Assembly: GCA_964626635.1 (NCBI GenBank)
Contig: CAZVFY010000006.1
Span: forward strand, 1 to 47,395
Reading direction: 5' to 3'
Source of the DNA: an uncultured Candidatus Saccharibacteria bacterium
GTDB taxonomy: Bacteria > Patescibacteriota > Minisyncoccia > Phycocordibacterales > UBA918
Length of the DNA stretch: 47,395 bases
The notes below the pieces were generated by a model that saw only the letters and a program-made list of their open reading frames with translations, was not told the origin of the DNA and ran no database searches. Below are positions 1-9,728 of this stretch, in pieces. Both the position numbers and the translations under genes were made by a program. Position 1 is the first letter of the stretch. Each line of letters opens with the position of its first letter.

Positions 1-55
1 CTGTGATACTGGCAGTGTGTTCTTGGAGGGGGTGGGGGAGTATGAGGGGATTTAG
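1..55 (+). CDS. 3' end of an upstream paralog of the 178..3585 surface protein (partial)
   Basis: nt 1-48 are identical to 3531-3578; reads CDTGSVFLEGVGEYEGI* versus ...EYEGL*. Confidence 0.8.
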   Translation, partial: CDTGSVFLEGVGEYEGI

Positions 56-177
56 CCTCCGAGCATTCACAGCGTGCACGTAGCAGCTTAGCGTTATACA
101 CAAATTTTAAATTGCGTGTTAATTCTCAGATTAAATACATTATACTGTAATTACCTATTAAATTATCACCTGAAACT

Positions 178-3100
178 ATGCTCCGTACTCGATTCAACGC
201 CCGCACTGCAGCCGCCACCCTCGGCGTAGCTACTATGGCTCTTATCGCATTCGCTGTTATTGCAATCCAGAGCGGTTTATTCACCAACTCGTTGAGCCAA
301 CAATCTGCTGCCGTTGCGCAGAGCGGCACCATGCCAGTGAGTATAGTCCCGACCATTACTAAAGGCCCGGCCCCACTTGGAGTTTTTTTTCGAGCGGAAG
401 GGCTCCCGGGAAGTGATGCTCAAGTGGAAGATCTCATTTTACACAGTGAATTTGAGTGGGATTTCAAAAACTACTACGAGTACACGGCGCTCCCGCCCGA
501 AGCCAACGTACCACGCGAAGCTGGTCGTGCGCGCGGCCAGTTCGCTGCCCACGTCTTTGATACTCCTGGCACCTATAACGTAGAGCTCACCGCCCGCACC
601 CAAGACGGCCGCACCGGCAAAGCTACTGTCCGCATCACCGTTGAAGATCCTGATGTGGTCTATGCTGGTGATAAAACCGCTGTGGTATCCATCAACGGCG
701 ACTTCAGAGGAGCCCCGGCGGGGGCGCGCCAGTTCACTGATGTGTTTGCGGCGGCGGAGTATGTCATTAGCAAAACCGACCGAGACTCCGTAATGCCAGA
801 TATGCGTTTGTTGTTTCGTGCGGGAGAGGAAATACTGGTGGACGATTTTGATCGCGAAATGATCGTAATACGGCAAGCTTTAATAGATAAATTTGGTGAA
901 GGCCCTAATCCCAAATTCACCTTAACGACCAACTCATTGGGTGGGCACGCACTTTTCAATCTTGTCGGTAGTCTTAGCGAACCTTACATGATAATGGCGA
1001 ATATTGACTATACCTCCGCCTTTGACCCAACCAATCCATTTGACACCCAACCATATGCAGGCGAGCTATTTACCGAAAAAGGAAACTTTCGTTTTGTATT
1101 CCATAATGTTAATCTAAAAAATGTAAAGTCTGGATTTGATGTAAAGGATAAATTTGCCATCATTTCCAATTCAAGCGTACAAGACTGGCGCACCTACGGA
1201 ATTATGCGTCACGGTACCGGAGCAGTGATCGGATCTTCAATCCGGCAAAATCCTAATACAGATCTATCACGGGCGGGTAAAAGAGGTAATGAAATTGCTT
1301 TCCACGGCCCGTACCGAACATCTTTTCTCAATAGCCTGGTGATCAGTCGCAGCTACTTTGAAAGTCACAGTGGGTGGTCAAGAGGGTTGAAGAATACCAT
1401 TGCTATACAACCAGCATTACGATTAGGTACATCTGGTCGAGCCTCTAAGACTGACAGTTACGTTCGGGCCTACATTGGCGAAAGCCACATGAAAGGTGGG
1501 AATGGAGTGGTGTCTTCAAATCCCGCAATCGGTTCTCGCATGGCCAATAAAGGGTTAATAGTGATTGCGAACAACTTTATCGAGGGTACTAAAACCACCG
1601 GATCAATTTTTGGTACCTCATATGGCTCGATCGCATTTCGTAACAACATCGGTTACATACCTAAATCTACTGAGGCAGGTATGCCGGTCGCAAGGCAGAT
1701 GACCACCTTCAAATTTAACGAATGGCAAACAATTTCACCGGAAATCGTAAATGGCAGTCACAATTATTACAATAATACTTTCACTTTTTTCTTAGATAAA
1801 CCGCTACGTCATGCTGCTGGTTTCAATGTCATAGAAAAGCCAGCAACACTCACTAACAACTTAGTGTTTGCACCTTACGCTACTGATGAAGCTGGCCCGC
1901 GGGTGAACTTCCAACCTCTTAATTCAGCATTTAGCCCACTGCCAGGCAACCCGGTAATTGGCGCTGCTAGCGGCCGAACAGCATTAATTGATTTTTACGG
2001 TAACCCAAGACCGGCTAGGGCATCGATTGGTGCAGTTGAACCTGGTGCCAATAGTACTTGGGCGCGTCGAGACCTAATCACAGGCACCATATCTTCAGAT
2101 GCACAACCGAAGGTGCCAAGTACTCCAGTAGATAACCAAGACCAAGATGACGGTAGTGGTGACACCTCGTCAGGGTCTGGTGTTGTAGATCAACCGTCAG
2201 GATCTACAGACGATGGTAGCTTGACCCAAGCACCAATTCCGATCAAGCAAGGTTCAGTTGGTAATACTAGTGGCATATTTGCCCGTATTGATGACGTGAA
2301 TCAAAATGGCAAATCAGACCGTGAGGAATGTAGCATTGCTGTGATGCGCTCTCAAAATATTAATGATGATAGAAGCTTCAAGGCGCTTGAAACTGACGTT
2401 CGGAATGGATGTGTAGAAAAAGCTAACAACATTCTAGAGTCAGACCTCTACGATGACGAAGCTTTTGATTTTCCACTTGGTCTCATTGATTTTGAGGTTA
2501 AGGGAAAGCGAGGCGCCACACATACTATAACCACTACATTCAACGGTAATTATGATACATCAAAGTGGGTCTACCGCAAATTTATCAATGGAGAGTACAT
2601 CGACATTTCTGAAAAGGTTACCTACACAAAAGAAAAGGTCGATAGAAACTATATTACACGAGCGACATATCAGGTCCGTGACGGCGGCCCCCTCGACGCA
2701 GACGGTGTGGCAAATGGTATAGTGGTTGACCCCGCTGGACCAGCAATCTTGGCTGAAGAATCTAACACCCCTTCAATCGGTAACAATGATGAAAATCAGT
2801 CTTCAGACGACAATCAGTCTTCAACAGACAGCAGCGAAGATACTCAGCAAGTCAAAGAAAACGAACAGGCTCTAGACGGCGACGTCGACGCCTTTACCGA
2901 CGAAGAATACGATGCCGCTGAAAGTAGTACGAGCAACAGTACCCGCACCAATCGTTCACGCAGCAGTAATAGCAACCGAGACACCGCCCCTACTTTCAGC
3001 TACTCATTCGACAACAACATCTCATTTGTACAGCCTCAGTTCAATGATCCCACTGACGTTCGTAGCTTGGCGCAGTTCCTCAACGACTATGAAGGTGAAT

Positions 3101-3585
3101 CATTAGCGATAGACGGCACCTACAGTAGTGAAGACATTGCCGCGGTCCAACGCTTCCAGCGCAAATACCGTCGTGAAATTCTGGACGTATGGAACCTCAC
3201 CGAAGCCACTGGGTTCGTGGGTATCACCACCCGTCTCAAGATGAACTTCCTCATGAAGGGGCAAACTGCCCAATGCCCCGCCTTCACCGAGTACAACGGT
3301 GGCCGTAGTGGGATCATGAACTCTGCGGAGATTGGCCGCACGCAGCAAATCTTACGTGACCTCGACATGTACAACGGACCAATTAACAACACCTGGGACG
3401 CCGCTACTAACCAAGCCCTCATCGTCTTCCAAGAAACGTTCCGGGAGGTAATGCTCGACCCTTGGAATATCACCGAAGGTACCGGGTACAAGTACAAAAC
3501 CACCAACAAGTTCCTCAACTACTTTGCGGGCTGTGATACTGGCAGTGTGTTCTTGGAGGGGGTGGGGGAGTATGAGGGTTTGTAG
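178..3585 (+). CDS. Large exported/surface protein: N-terminal signal/TM, PKD-like domain, beta-rich passenger, choice-of-anchor-like segments, acidic Ser/Asp linkers, C-terminal peptidoglycan-binding-like repeats
   Basis: 1135 aa; HVFDTPGTYNVELT (PKD-like), DFYGNPRP..SIGAVE, DGGPLDADGVANGIVVDP, DGTYSSEDIAAVQRFQ and WDAATNQALIVFQ (PG-binding-like). Confidence 0.75.
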   Translation: MLRTRFNARTAAATLGVATMALIAFAVIAIQSGLFTNSLSQQSAAVAQSGTMPVSIVPTITKGPAPLGVFFRAEGLPGSDAQVEDLILHSEFEWDFKNYYEYTALPPEANVPREAGRARGQFAAHVFDTPGTYNVELTARTQDGRTGKATVRITVEDPDVVYAGDKTAVVSINGDFRGAPAGARQFTDVFAAAEYVISKTDRDSVMPDMRLLFRAGEEILVDDFDREMIVIRQALIDKFGEGPNPKFTLTTNSLGGHALFNLVGSLSEPYMIMANIDYTSAFDPTNPFDTQPYAGELFTEKGNFRFVFHNVNLKNVKSGFDVKDKFAIISNSSVQDWRTYGIMRHGTGAVIGSSIRQNPNTDLSRAGKRGNEIAFHGPYRTSFLNSLVISRSYFESHSGWSRGLKNTIAIQPALRLGTSGRASKTDSYVRAYIGESHMKGGNGVVSSNPAIGSRMANKGLIVIANNFIEGTKTTGSIFGTSYGSIAFRNNIGYIPKSTEAGMPVARQMTTFKFNEWQTISPEIVNGSHNYYNNTFTFFLDKPLRHAAGFNVIEKPATLTNNLVFAPYATDEAGPRVNFQPLNSAFSPLPGNPVIGAASGRTALIDFYGNPRPARASIGAVEPGANSTWARRDLITGTISSDAQPKVPSTPVDNQDQDDGSGDTSSGSGVVDQPSGSTDDGSLTQAPIPIKQGSVGNTSGIFARIDDVNQNGKSDREECSIAVMRSQNINDDRSFKALETDVRNGCVEKANNILESDLYDDEAFDFPLGLIDFEVKGKRGATHTITTTFNGNYDTSKWVYRKFINGEYIDISEKVTYTKEKVDRNYITRATYQVRDGGPLDADGVANGIVVDPAGPAILAEESNTPSIGNNDENQSSDDNQSSTDSSEDTQQVKENEQALDGDVDAFTDEEYDAAESSTSNSTRTNRSRSSNSNRDTAPTFSYSFDNNISFVQPQFNDPTDVRSLAQFLNDYEGESLAIDGTYSSEDIAAVQRFQRKYRREILDVWNLTEATGFVGITTRLKMNFLMKGQTAQCPAFTEYNGGRSGIMNSAEIGRTQQILRDLDMYNGPINNTWDAATNQALIVFQETFREVMLDPWNITEGTGYKYKTTNKFLNYFAGCDTGSVFLEGVGEYEGL

Positions 3586-3630
3586 GGCATCTGTAATAAT
3601 GTAAGGACCAAGTGGTGCCGACTCGGTGCC

Positions 3631-3945
3631 TTATTGGCCAGGAAATCTTGCCCGTTTTGAAAATGTAAAGTGACGAAGTGGTTTGGCGTGTTGCAGCGTT
3701 TGGTAAAGTGATGAAATATCGTCGGTGTGCACAGCGACTCTTTGTACGCTTTGACCAGAAATCAGTAATTCACAACCGCTAGCAGTTTCGATAACGGTGA
3801 CGAATCTCTGCCCGCCGCGTTTGCTGTTGGTGGTAATGACGCCAGGAGCTATCATTTTAATACCGGGTAACTTTTTGATGATATGCACTACTTGTTGCGC
3901 AGTTTCGGTCAGGGTGGTGTGACTGGTGCCGCGCGGTTTAGGCAT
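3631..3945 (-). CDS. Hypothetical protein, possibly DUF2103-like
   Basis: 104 aa; HTTL...IKMIAPGVI...SVQRV pattern; overlaps the end of the upstream gene, as in an operon. Confidence 0.55.
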   Translation of the reverse strand: MPKPRGTSHTTLTETAQQVVHIIKKLPGIKMIAPGVITTNSKRGGQRFVTVIETASGCELLISGQSVQRVAVHTDDISSLYQTLQHAKPLRHFTFSKRARFPGQ

Positions 3946-4540
3946 ATACAGACACGAGTGTTACACCGATCACCAGCGCGTAGAAGAACAGCCCGGTGCA
4001 AACCGGAATACGCACCCAATTTGTCTGATACAGCGTATACAGCCAGGCCAGTAGACCAATCACCAGTACGGCATCAATCAGGTTAACGATTGGTCCAAAA
4101 TATTCAGGTTCATAATACGAAATGGGACTGCGAAAAATCCAGTCGGTGATTGGCCAAAAATGCCGGTACGCATCAGAATGATGTACGAGAAAGTCCAGCC
4201 CAACGTGTAGTGTGCCAGCAGTCGCTACCCAGCGGAGGATCGGCCACCCGAATAGACAGCCGAGTACAACCCCGAGCGGCCACAGTATAAGCGAGTGTGA
4301 CAACGTAAAAAACGGCGTCCACGCCGAGTCAAAGTACAGCACGTCCCATAGTAGTGCCTGACTCGTTCCAAGGATCAAGCCTTGAACGATGAAAAACGTG
4401 TAGATTGGTACATCGGGCAGCAAACTACCAGCAATGAAAGCAGTCGTGCGCACTCGTTGGAGCGAGGTGGATAGGGTATTGTGGCGATTAGTCCACCGAG
4501 CGAGCGCCCAACCGTACACCAGATGTGAGGGTGTGATCAT
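3938..4540 (-). CDS. Membrane-bound metal-dependent hydrolase (YdjM-like)
   Basis: TPSH, GSLLPD, SHSL, HVGLDFLVHH..RHFWP motifs with TM segments. Confidence 0.7.
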   Translation of the reverse strand: MITPSHLVYGWALARWTNRHNTLSTSLQRVRTTAFIAGSLLPDVPIYTFFIVQGLILGTSQALLWDVLYFDSAWTPFFTLSHSLILWPLGVVLGCLFGWPILRWVATAGTLHVGLDFLVHHSDAYRHFWPITDWIFRSPISYYEPEYFGPIVNLIDAVLVIGLLAWLYTLYQTNWVRIPVCTGLFFYALVIGVTLVSVYA

Positions 4541-4586
4541 GGGCCTAGCCTAACATAGACCAGGTTGATGCACAGCAGTATAAAAA

Positions 4587-4620
4587 GTGGGTCGCGCAGA
4601 CAAATGTCTGCGCGACCCAC
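4587..4620. terminator. Perfect 16-bp inverted repeat, probable terminator for the small minus-strand ORF
   Basis: GTGGGTCGCGCAGACA-AA-TGTCTGCGCGACCCAC preceded by an A-tract (U-tract on the minus strand). Confidence 0.65.
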
Positions 4621-4647
4621 GTTGTGGTGTGTGACTATAGCTGAACG

Positions 4648-4842
4648 TTAGCTCTCTAGGCCACCGCCACCCAAACCACGATGCACGCGGGCAAGCGTCG
4701 CTGCTGCTTCCATCCGCGCATCGAGGTCAGCTTGATCACCGCCGCGGCTGGACTCGAACTGAGCGGGCCCTGTAAATAGCGGATCCTCTCCCACGGTGGT
4801 GCCAGCGGTAGTCGGCGGGTTCGGGTTTGGTAGATCTTTCAT
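4648..4842 (-). CDS. Small hypothetical protein
   Basis: ATG at 4842 with GGAG SD upstream; followed by the hairpin at 4587-4620. Confidence 0.5.
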   Translation of the reverse strand: MKDLPNPNPPTTAGTTVGEDPLFTGPAQFESSRGGDQADLDARMEAAATLARVHRGLGGGGLES

Positions 4843-4909
4843 CAGTATCTCCAGCGTAAGGAACGAACACTGCATTCTACCAAACCTGCGTTCAGTGCCA
4901 GCTACTTTA

Positions 4910-4937
4910 TTGACAACTACTGCTCATTTGCTACATT
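4910..4937 (+). promoter_or_regulatory. Sigma70-like promoter for the rpsS-led operon
   Basis: TTGACA (4910-15), 16 nt, TGcTACATT extended -10 (4929-37). Confidence 0.55.
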
Positions 4938-5200
4938 TACACGCGTTCTACCTCACTCAAGACACCTGGCAGTGGCTTGAAAAACACGAACATATACCAA
5001 TTGATTTGGAACCACGCTGCAGTCTGGCCGTTACCTGTGTTGCTGTGTGGTTCCAAACGAGTGCCGACTGGGTCGGTTTATTACTCTATAAGCATATGAG
5101 GGTGGACGCTAGCGAGTCAGTGTTCTAGTACTTTTAGGCAGGGAAAAGCCAAAAAGTAAGAACTAAATTCATAATAGTCGTTGCACTCCTTTACTCATTT

Positions 5201-5530
5201 ATGTCACGATCACTCTACAAAGGTCCGTACGTTGACGAACGGATACTCAAAAAAATCGACGGCAAGAAGCCAGCCGAAGCTGGTGTCATCAAAATCTGGA
5301 ACCGTGGGTCAGTCATCTCGCCAGAAATGGTCGGCTTTACCTTCGGTGTCCACAACGGCCGCGATCACCTCGAAGTCCAAGTGACCGAAGAAAAAGTCGG
5401 CCACAAGTTCGGCGAATTTTCACCAACCAAGAAATTCTGGCGACACGGCGGTAAGATGCAGAAGGAACTTGATCAGAAAAAGAAAGAAGCTGAAATCGCA
5501 GCCGCCAAGGCCGCCAAAGCAGCTGGATAG
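5201..5530 (+). CDS. rpsS: 30S ribosomal protein S19
   Basis: MSRSLYKGPYVD...VHNGR...VGHKFGEFSPT. Confidence 0.97.
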   Translation: MSRSLYKGPYVDERILKKIDGKKPAEAGVIKIWNRGSVISPEMVGFTFGVHNGRDHLEVQVTEEKVGHKFGEFSPTKKFWRHGGKMQKELDQKKKEAEIAAAKAAKAAG

Positions 5531-5543
5531 TTACACCTATATT

Positions 5544-5891
5544 ATGAAAGCTATTCTCAAAAACTATCGTCAGTCGCCGCGTAAGGTTCGCCTCGTCGCT
5601 GATTTAGTGCGCGGCAAGCGCACCGCTGACGCCCTGACAACGCTACAGTTCGTCGACAAGCGTGCCTCGGGCGCATTCACTAAAGTCATCCAGTCAGCCG
5701 TGGCGAACGCAATCGATCACGGTAAGAACGCCGACACGCTGATGATCAAATCAGTGCGCGTTGACCAGGCACCGACTATGCGTCGCATGATGCCACGAGC
5801 GCGTGGCTCAGCCTCACGCATCAACAAGCGCAACAGTCATATCCACATTGAACTGGCGGAAAAGGCTCTTAAAAGTACTAGTCAAAAATAA
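5544..5891 (+). CDS. rplV: 50S ribosomal protein L22
   Basis: RQSPRKVRLVADLVRG, PRARGSASRINKRNSHI; start moved to ATG 5544. Confidence 0.97.
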   Translation: MKAILKNYRQSPRKVRLVADLVRGKRTADALTTLQFVDKRASGAFTKVIQSAVANAIDHGKNADTLMIKSVRVDQAPTMRRMMPRARGSASRINKRNSHIHIELAEKALKSTSQK

Positions 5892-5894
5892 GGT

Positions 5895-6629
5895 ATGACA
5901 CACGTAGCTCATCCATACATCCAGCGGATCGGTGTCAACCGTAGCTGGAAAAGCCGCTGGTTCACGACCAACCCGGCTAAATTCCGTGAGTACCTGCGCG
6001 TTGATGCAGCGCTCCGTAAATTCCTCAAGACTCGCCTCAAGGGGATGTCAGTTGACTCGCTCGAATTTGAACGAGACCAAAAGTCGATTCGCCTGGTGAT
6101 CCGTACGGCTCGCCCGGGACTGATCATCGGTCGCAGTGGCGAAGGGATCAATCAACTCAAGAAAGACCTTGACCTCTTTTTGCGCAAGCAAAAAATGAGC
6201 GAGAAGCTTGAGCTGAAAATTGATATCGAAGAAGTCCGCTCACCAGAATCATCAGCTCGCATCGTCGGGCAGATGGTAGCCGAAGGTCTCGAGAAGCGCA
6301 TGACCTTCCGTCGCGTCATGAAGCAGACCGCTGAAAAAGTCATGGCCAACCGTGACGTCGAAGGGGTACGCATCATTATGTCTGGTCGCCTCGGTGGCGC
6401 AGACATGGCCCGTAAAGAAGAGATCAAGCGTGGCCGCGTTCCGTTGCAGACACTACGGGCCGACATTGATTTTGCGCGCGTCGAAGCCAACTTGCCGTAC
6501 GGTGTAATCGGGATCAAGATCTGGATCTACCGCGGTGAGGTGTTTGCTGACCGGACTGCCGGCCAACAAGCCGAAGAACCCCGCACCAACACCAGTTCAT
6601 TTACTTGTGCTGACGATCGTCGTAACTAA
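5895..6629 (+). CDS. rpsC: 30S ribosomal protein S3
   Basis: RPGLIIGRSG KH motif, GRVPLQTLRADIDF, YGVIGIKIWI. Confidence 0.97.
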   Translation: MTHVAHPYIQRIGVNRSWKSRWFTTNPAKFREYLRVDAALRKFLKTRLKGMSVDSLEFERDQKSIRLVIRTARPGLIIGRSGEGINQLKKDLDLFLRKQKMSEKLELKIDIEEVRSPESSARIVGQMVAEGLEKRMTFRRVMKQTAEKVMANRDVEGVRIIMSGRLGGADMARKEEIKRGRVPLQTLRADIDFARVEANLPYGVIGIKIWIYRGEVFADRTAGQQAEEPRTNTSSFTCADDRRN

Positions 6630-6635
6630 CCGCGT

Positions 6636-7070
6636 ATGTTATTTCCCAAAAAAGTAAAACACCGCAAGTGGCAAACCCAGCGTAAATCACCGGAGCGCAT
6701 GGATCGTCCAGATACCCGCGGACTGACCGTATCGTACGGATCGTATGGTCTTAAGGCTACGAGCGGCTCACGCGTGCGTAGTAACCAGATCGAAGCCGCT
6801 CGTCGCGTGATCTCACGCACGATGGGCAAGACTGGCCGGTCGTGGATCCGAATTTTCCCGGATCGTCCGATCACCCAAAAAGCTGCCGAAGTCCCGATGG
6901 GTAAGGGTAAGGGTGATCCAGATCACTTTGTATTCGAGGTACACCCCGGTCGCTTGATGTTCGAAATTGACGGCGTTCCCGAAGCCACTGCTCGCGAGGC
7001 CTTTCGTAAAGCCACTGCCAAATTACCAGTCAAAACCAAGTTCGTGACTCGCGAAGACACGCGTATCTAA
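6636..7070 (+). CDS. rplP: 50S ribosomal protein L16
   Basis: QIEAARR, WIRIFPDRPIT, MGKGKG, AKLPVKTKF. Confidence 0.97.
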   Translation: MLFPKKVKHRKWQTQRKSPERMDRPDTRGLTVSYGSYGLKATSGSRVRSNQIEAARRVISRTMGKTGRSWIRIFPDRPITQKAAEVPMGKGKGDPDHFVFEVHPGRLMFEIDGVPEATAREAFRKATAKLPVKTKFVTREDTRI

Positions 7071-7081
7071 TTCAGTCGCTT

Positions 7082-7285
7082 ATGACACACATGAAAGACA
7101 TTCGCGCCAAAAGCGACACCGAACTGTACGAACTGGTACAGACTAGTCGCGAAACTCTCTGCCAAGAACGGTTCAAGGATGCGTACACGCGCAAAGCCAA
7201 TATTATTCACACTGCCAAAAAAGACGTAGCGCGCGCTCTGACTGAGCTGCGCGCCCGTCAGTCACGTAACGCTACTGCAAAATAA
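7082..7285 (+). CDS. rpmC: 50S ribosomal protein L29
   Basis: Position between rplP and rpsQ; KKDVARALT. Confidence 0.9.
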   Translation: MTHMKDIRAKSDTELYELVQTSRETLCQERFKDAYTRKANIIHTAKKDVARALTELRARQSRNATAK

Positions 7286-7287
7286 AT

Positions 7288-7536
7288 ATGACTGAAACTA
7301 AAAAAGCGGGCGGGCGTACACTACGCGGCAAAGTCGTGTCGAGCAAAATGCAAGACACCATTACCGTCGCTGTCGAACGCTACGTCAAGCACCCAAAATA
7401 CAAAAAGTTCCTGCGCCGCACCAAGAAATATTTGGTCCACAACGCTGGTAACACTGCGACCGTGGGGGATGTGGTCGACATCCGCGAAACCCGTCCGCTC
7501 AGTAAGCGCAAGAGCTTCGTGCTCGTCGCTAAATAA
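7288..7536 (+). CDS. rpsQ: 30S ribosomal protein S17
   Basis: [29 protein letters not shown]. Confidence 0.97.
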   Translation: MTETKKAGGRTLRGKVVSSKMQDTITVAVERYVKHPKYKKFLRRTKKYLVHNAGNTATVGDVVDIRETRPLSKRKSFVLVAK

Positions 7537-7542
7537 ACTCGT

Positions 7543-7914
7543 ATGATTCAACCAGAAACAATTGTCAAAATCACCGATAATTCCGGCGGTAAAATCGGTA
7601 AAGTCTTCAAGGTCCTCGGCGGATCAAAGAAGCGCTACGCCGAGCTCGGAGAAATGGTGGTCCTGGCTGTCCAATCAGCTGAGCCACGCAAACAAGTCAA
7701 GAAAAAAGACGTGGTCTACGGTGTGGTCGTGCGACAACGCAAATCATATCGTCGCCGCGACGGGTCGTACGTGTCGTTTGATGACAACGCCGTCGTGCTT
7801 GTCGATAAGGAAAAGAAAGAACCACGAGCGAACCGTGTGTTCGGTCCTATCCCGCGCGAGCTAGCCGAAGCCGGCTACCAGCGTATTGTTAGTCTCGCCC
7901 CAGAGGTCGTGTAG
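7543..7914 (+). CDS. rplN: 50S ribosomal protein L14
   Basis: MIQPET..DNSG, FDDNAVV, RVFGPIPREL, SLAPEVV. Confidence 0.97.
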   Translation: MIQPETIVKITDNSGGKIGKVFKVLGGSKKRYAELGEMVVLAVQSAEPRKQVKKKDVVYGVVVRQRKSYRRRDGSYVSFDDNAVVLVDKEKKEPRANRVFGPIPRELAEAGYQRIVSLAPEVV

Positions 7915-7934
7915 GGGTCGTAATCATTCAATCT

Positions 7935-8234
7935 ATGAAAATTCGAAAAGGAGACACCATCAAAGTCATCGCCGGTAAAGACAAAGGCAAAACGGGTACC
8001 GTACTAATGGCCCACCCCAGCACCAAGCAGGTAACCATTGAAGGCATCAATGTCGTCAAGCGTCACCAAAAGAATCGCCACACGCGTTCGCAAGGGCAAA
8101 TCATCGAGAAAAGTAAGCCAGTCGACGTGTCGAATGTGGCGCTCCTCGAAGGTGATAAAACCGTCCGGGTTGGCTACAGCATCGAGGGTAAGAAAAAGAC
8201 TCGCGTTGCTCGCCCGAGCGGTACAGCGATCTAA
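7935..8234 (+). CDS. rplX: 50S ribosomal protein L24
   Basis: KOW motif GDTIKVIAGKDKGKTG, EGINVVKRH. Confidence 0.97.
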   Translation: MKIRKGDTIKVIAGKDKGKTGTVLMAHPSTKQVTIEGINVVKRHQKNRHTRSQGQIIEKSKPVDVSNVALLEGDKTVRVGYSIEGKKKTRVARPSGTAI

Positions 8235-8259
8235 TTTAAACATCTAGTAATAATCGAGT

Positions 8260-8811
8260 ATGGAATCAGTACAGGCTCGCCTCAAAGAGGTACACAGTGC
8301 ACTCAAAGATACGTTCGGGTACACCAACGTCAACCAAGCTCCCACGATCGAAAAAGTCGTCGTTTCAGTGGGAACCGGACGGATCGAAGACAAACAAAAA
8401 ATCGCCCTTATCCAAGATCGCCTGGCGCAGATCACTGGCCAAAAGCCATCACCGCGCCCAGCCAAGCAGTCCATCGCGGCGTTCAAGTTGCGTGAAGGCG
8501 ACATCATCGGTTACCAGGTCACCTTGCGTGGAGCTAGGATGATCGACTTTCTCAATAAACTCATCCACATCGCATTGCCACAAACCCGCGACTTCCGTGG
8601 ATTGCGCCCGACTTCAATCGACGAGATGGGCAACATGACACTTGGTATCAAAGAGCACACCATCTTTCCCGAGACCCGTGACGAGGAATTGAAAGACGTG
8701 TTCGGACTGTCGATCACCCTGGTAACGAGTGCCAGCGATCGCGCTGAATCAGAAGCTCTCTTACGGCACGTAGGGTTGCCACTGAAGAAAGTGGAAGCTG
8801 CCACTGAATAG
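8260..8811 (+). CDS. rplE: 50S ribosomal protein L5
   Basis: ITGQKP, FKLREG, VTLRG, RDFRG, EHTIFPE. Confidence 0.97.
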   Translation: MESVQARLKEVHSALKDTFGYTNVNQAPTIEKVVVSVGTGRIEDKQKIALIQDRLAQITGQKPSPRPAKQSIAAFKLREGDIIGYQVTLRGARMIDFLNKLIHIALPQTRDFRGLRPTSIDEMGNMTLGIKEHTIFPETRDEELKDVFGLSITLVTSASDRAESEALLRHVGLPLKKVEAATE

Positions 8812-8838
8812 CTACACATCCACAAAGAATATAAGATC

Positions 8839-8868
8839 AGCCCCGGCGCGCATGCGCGTCGGGGCTGG
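8839..8868. terminator. GC-rich hairpin between convergent genes
   Basis: AGCCCCGGCGCG-CAT-GCGCGTCGGGGCT. Confidence 0.55.
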
Positions 8869-8876
8869 TTCGTCAT

Positions 8877-9596
8877 TCACTCGGGTGGCTTCAGGGCAGT
8901 GACGATTTCTTCAGTGGGACGAGGCGTGGTTAGCTGGTATCCGTGTGGCGCTAATCGTTCTTGGAGTAACGCCAATTCACGCTGATGGGCAGATCGCACA
9001 CGATCTTCACGATCTTCGAGCCCGCGCAACAGAGGGGTGATCTCTGCAGCTATTGCACGTACTTCACGCAGCTGTACTTCTAGCTGATTGAGCTGCGTTT
9101 CTCTTTGTGCCAGGAGAGTTTGTGCACTTTCTATAACTTCCTCACCATAGGCGTGGTCCAAATTCTGGCTAGCTACTGACATTTCTGCTGCGAGCAGTAA
9201 AACAGCGTGCTCTGACTCCTGGAACTCGGGCTGTTGTCGCACCCAAGACAAGCGTTCGTTTATGGCATCGAATTGCTGGGGGAGATGAAACATCCCATTG
9301 CGGTCAGCTTCAAATATCCGTGCAAAGGCATGCATCACGTCTTCCATATTGATCTGGAAGTTTGTGCGCGTTACTTCGATCGTTAGCGCCGAACGGTAGC
9401 TGTAAGCGAGGGCTAGTACGATTAGTGCGGTCATGAGCAGCAGCATTTCGACCGTGATCATTTCGAGCAGTTCACGCCATTGAGGCGAGAGCCACTGCCG
9501 TTGCAAATCAGTAATACGTATGAGTAGGTAGCTGGCCGTAGCGAACAGCAGCAACACTGCCACGTAATGTAGAAATATTCTCACTTGAGTCTGCAT
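8877..9596 (-). CDS. Membrane-anchored coiled-coil protein, resembling an alphaproteobacterial family often labelled 'DNA repair protein'
   Basis: Two TM helices, then MEDV..AF....ADR.G.F.L..FD...ERL...LAAEMS and a coiled coil; GGAG SD before ATG 9596; family resemblance is from recall. Confidence 0.6.
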   Translation of the reverse strand: MQTQVRIFLHYVAVLLLFATASYLLIRITDLQRQWLSPQWRELLEMITVEMLLLMTALIVLALAYSYRSALTIEVTRTNFQINMEDVMHAFARIFEADRNGMFHLPQQFDAINERLSWVRQQPEFQESEHAVLLLAAEMSVASQNLDHAYGEEVIESAQTLLAQRETQLNQLEVQLREVRAIAAEITPLLRGLEDREDRVRSAHQRELALLQERLAPHGYQLTTPRPTEEIVTALKPPE

Positions 9597-9728
9597 TAAG
9601 ATTCTCCCAAACTGTGATGTGCGTCTCTTAGTACTAAACCACAAAAAACAAAGATGAGTGTGTTGACTATTATAAATTAATATGGTAGTAAATTAGCGGC
9701 ACTCACGCCAATGACATAGGAGTCAATC

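Noticed and set aside
1-55. Diversity-generating retroelement TR/VR pair with 3531-3585
   Set aside because: Both copies are in-frame gene ends, the differences are not adenine-specific, and there is no reverse transcriptase in the window
4796-5128. 110-aa ORF upstream of rpsS
   Set aside because: Overlaps an opposite-strand ORF that has an SD, a promoter and RNA helices; no recognisable motif
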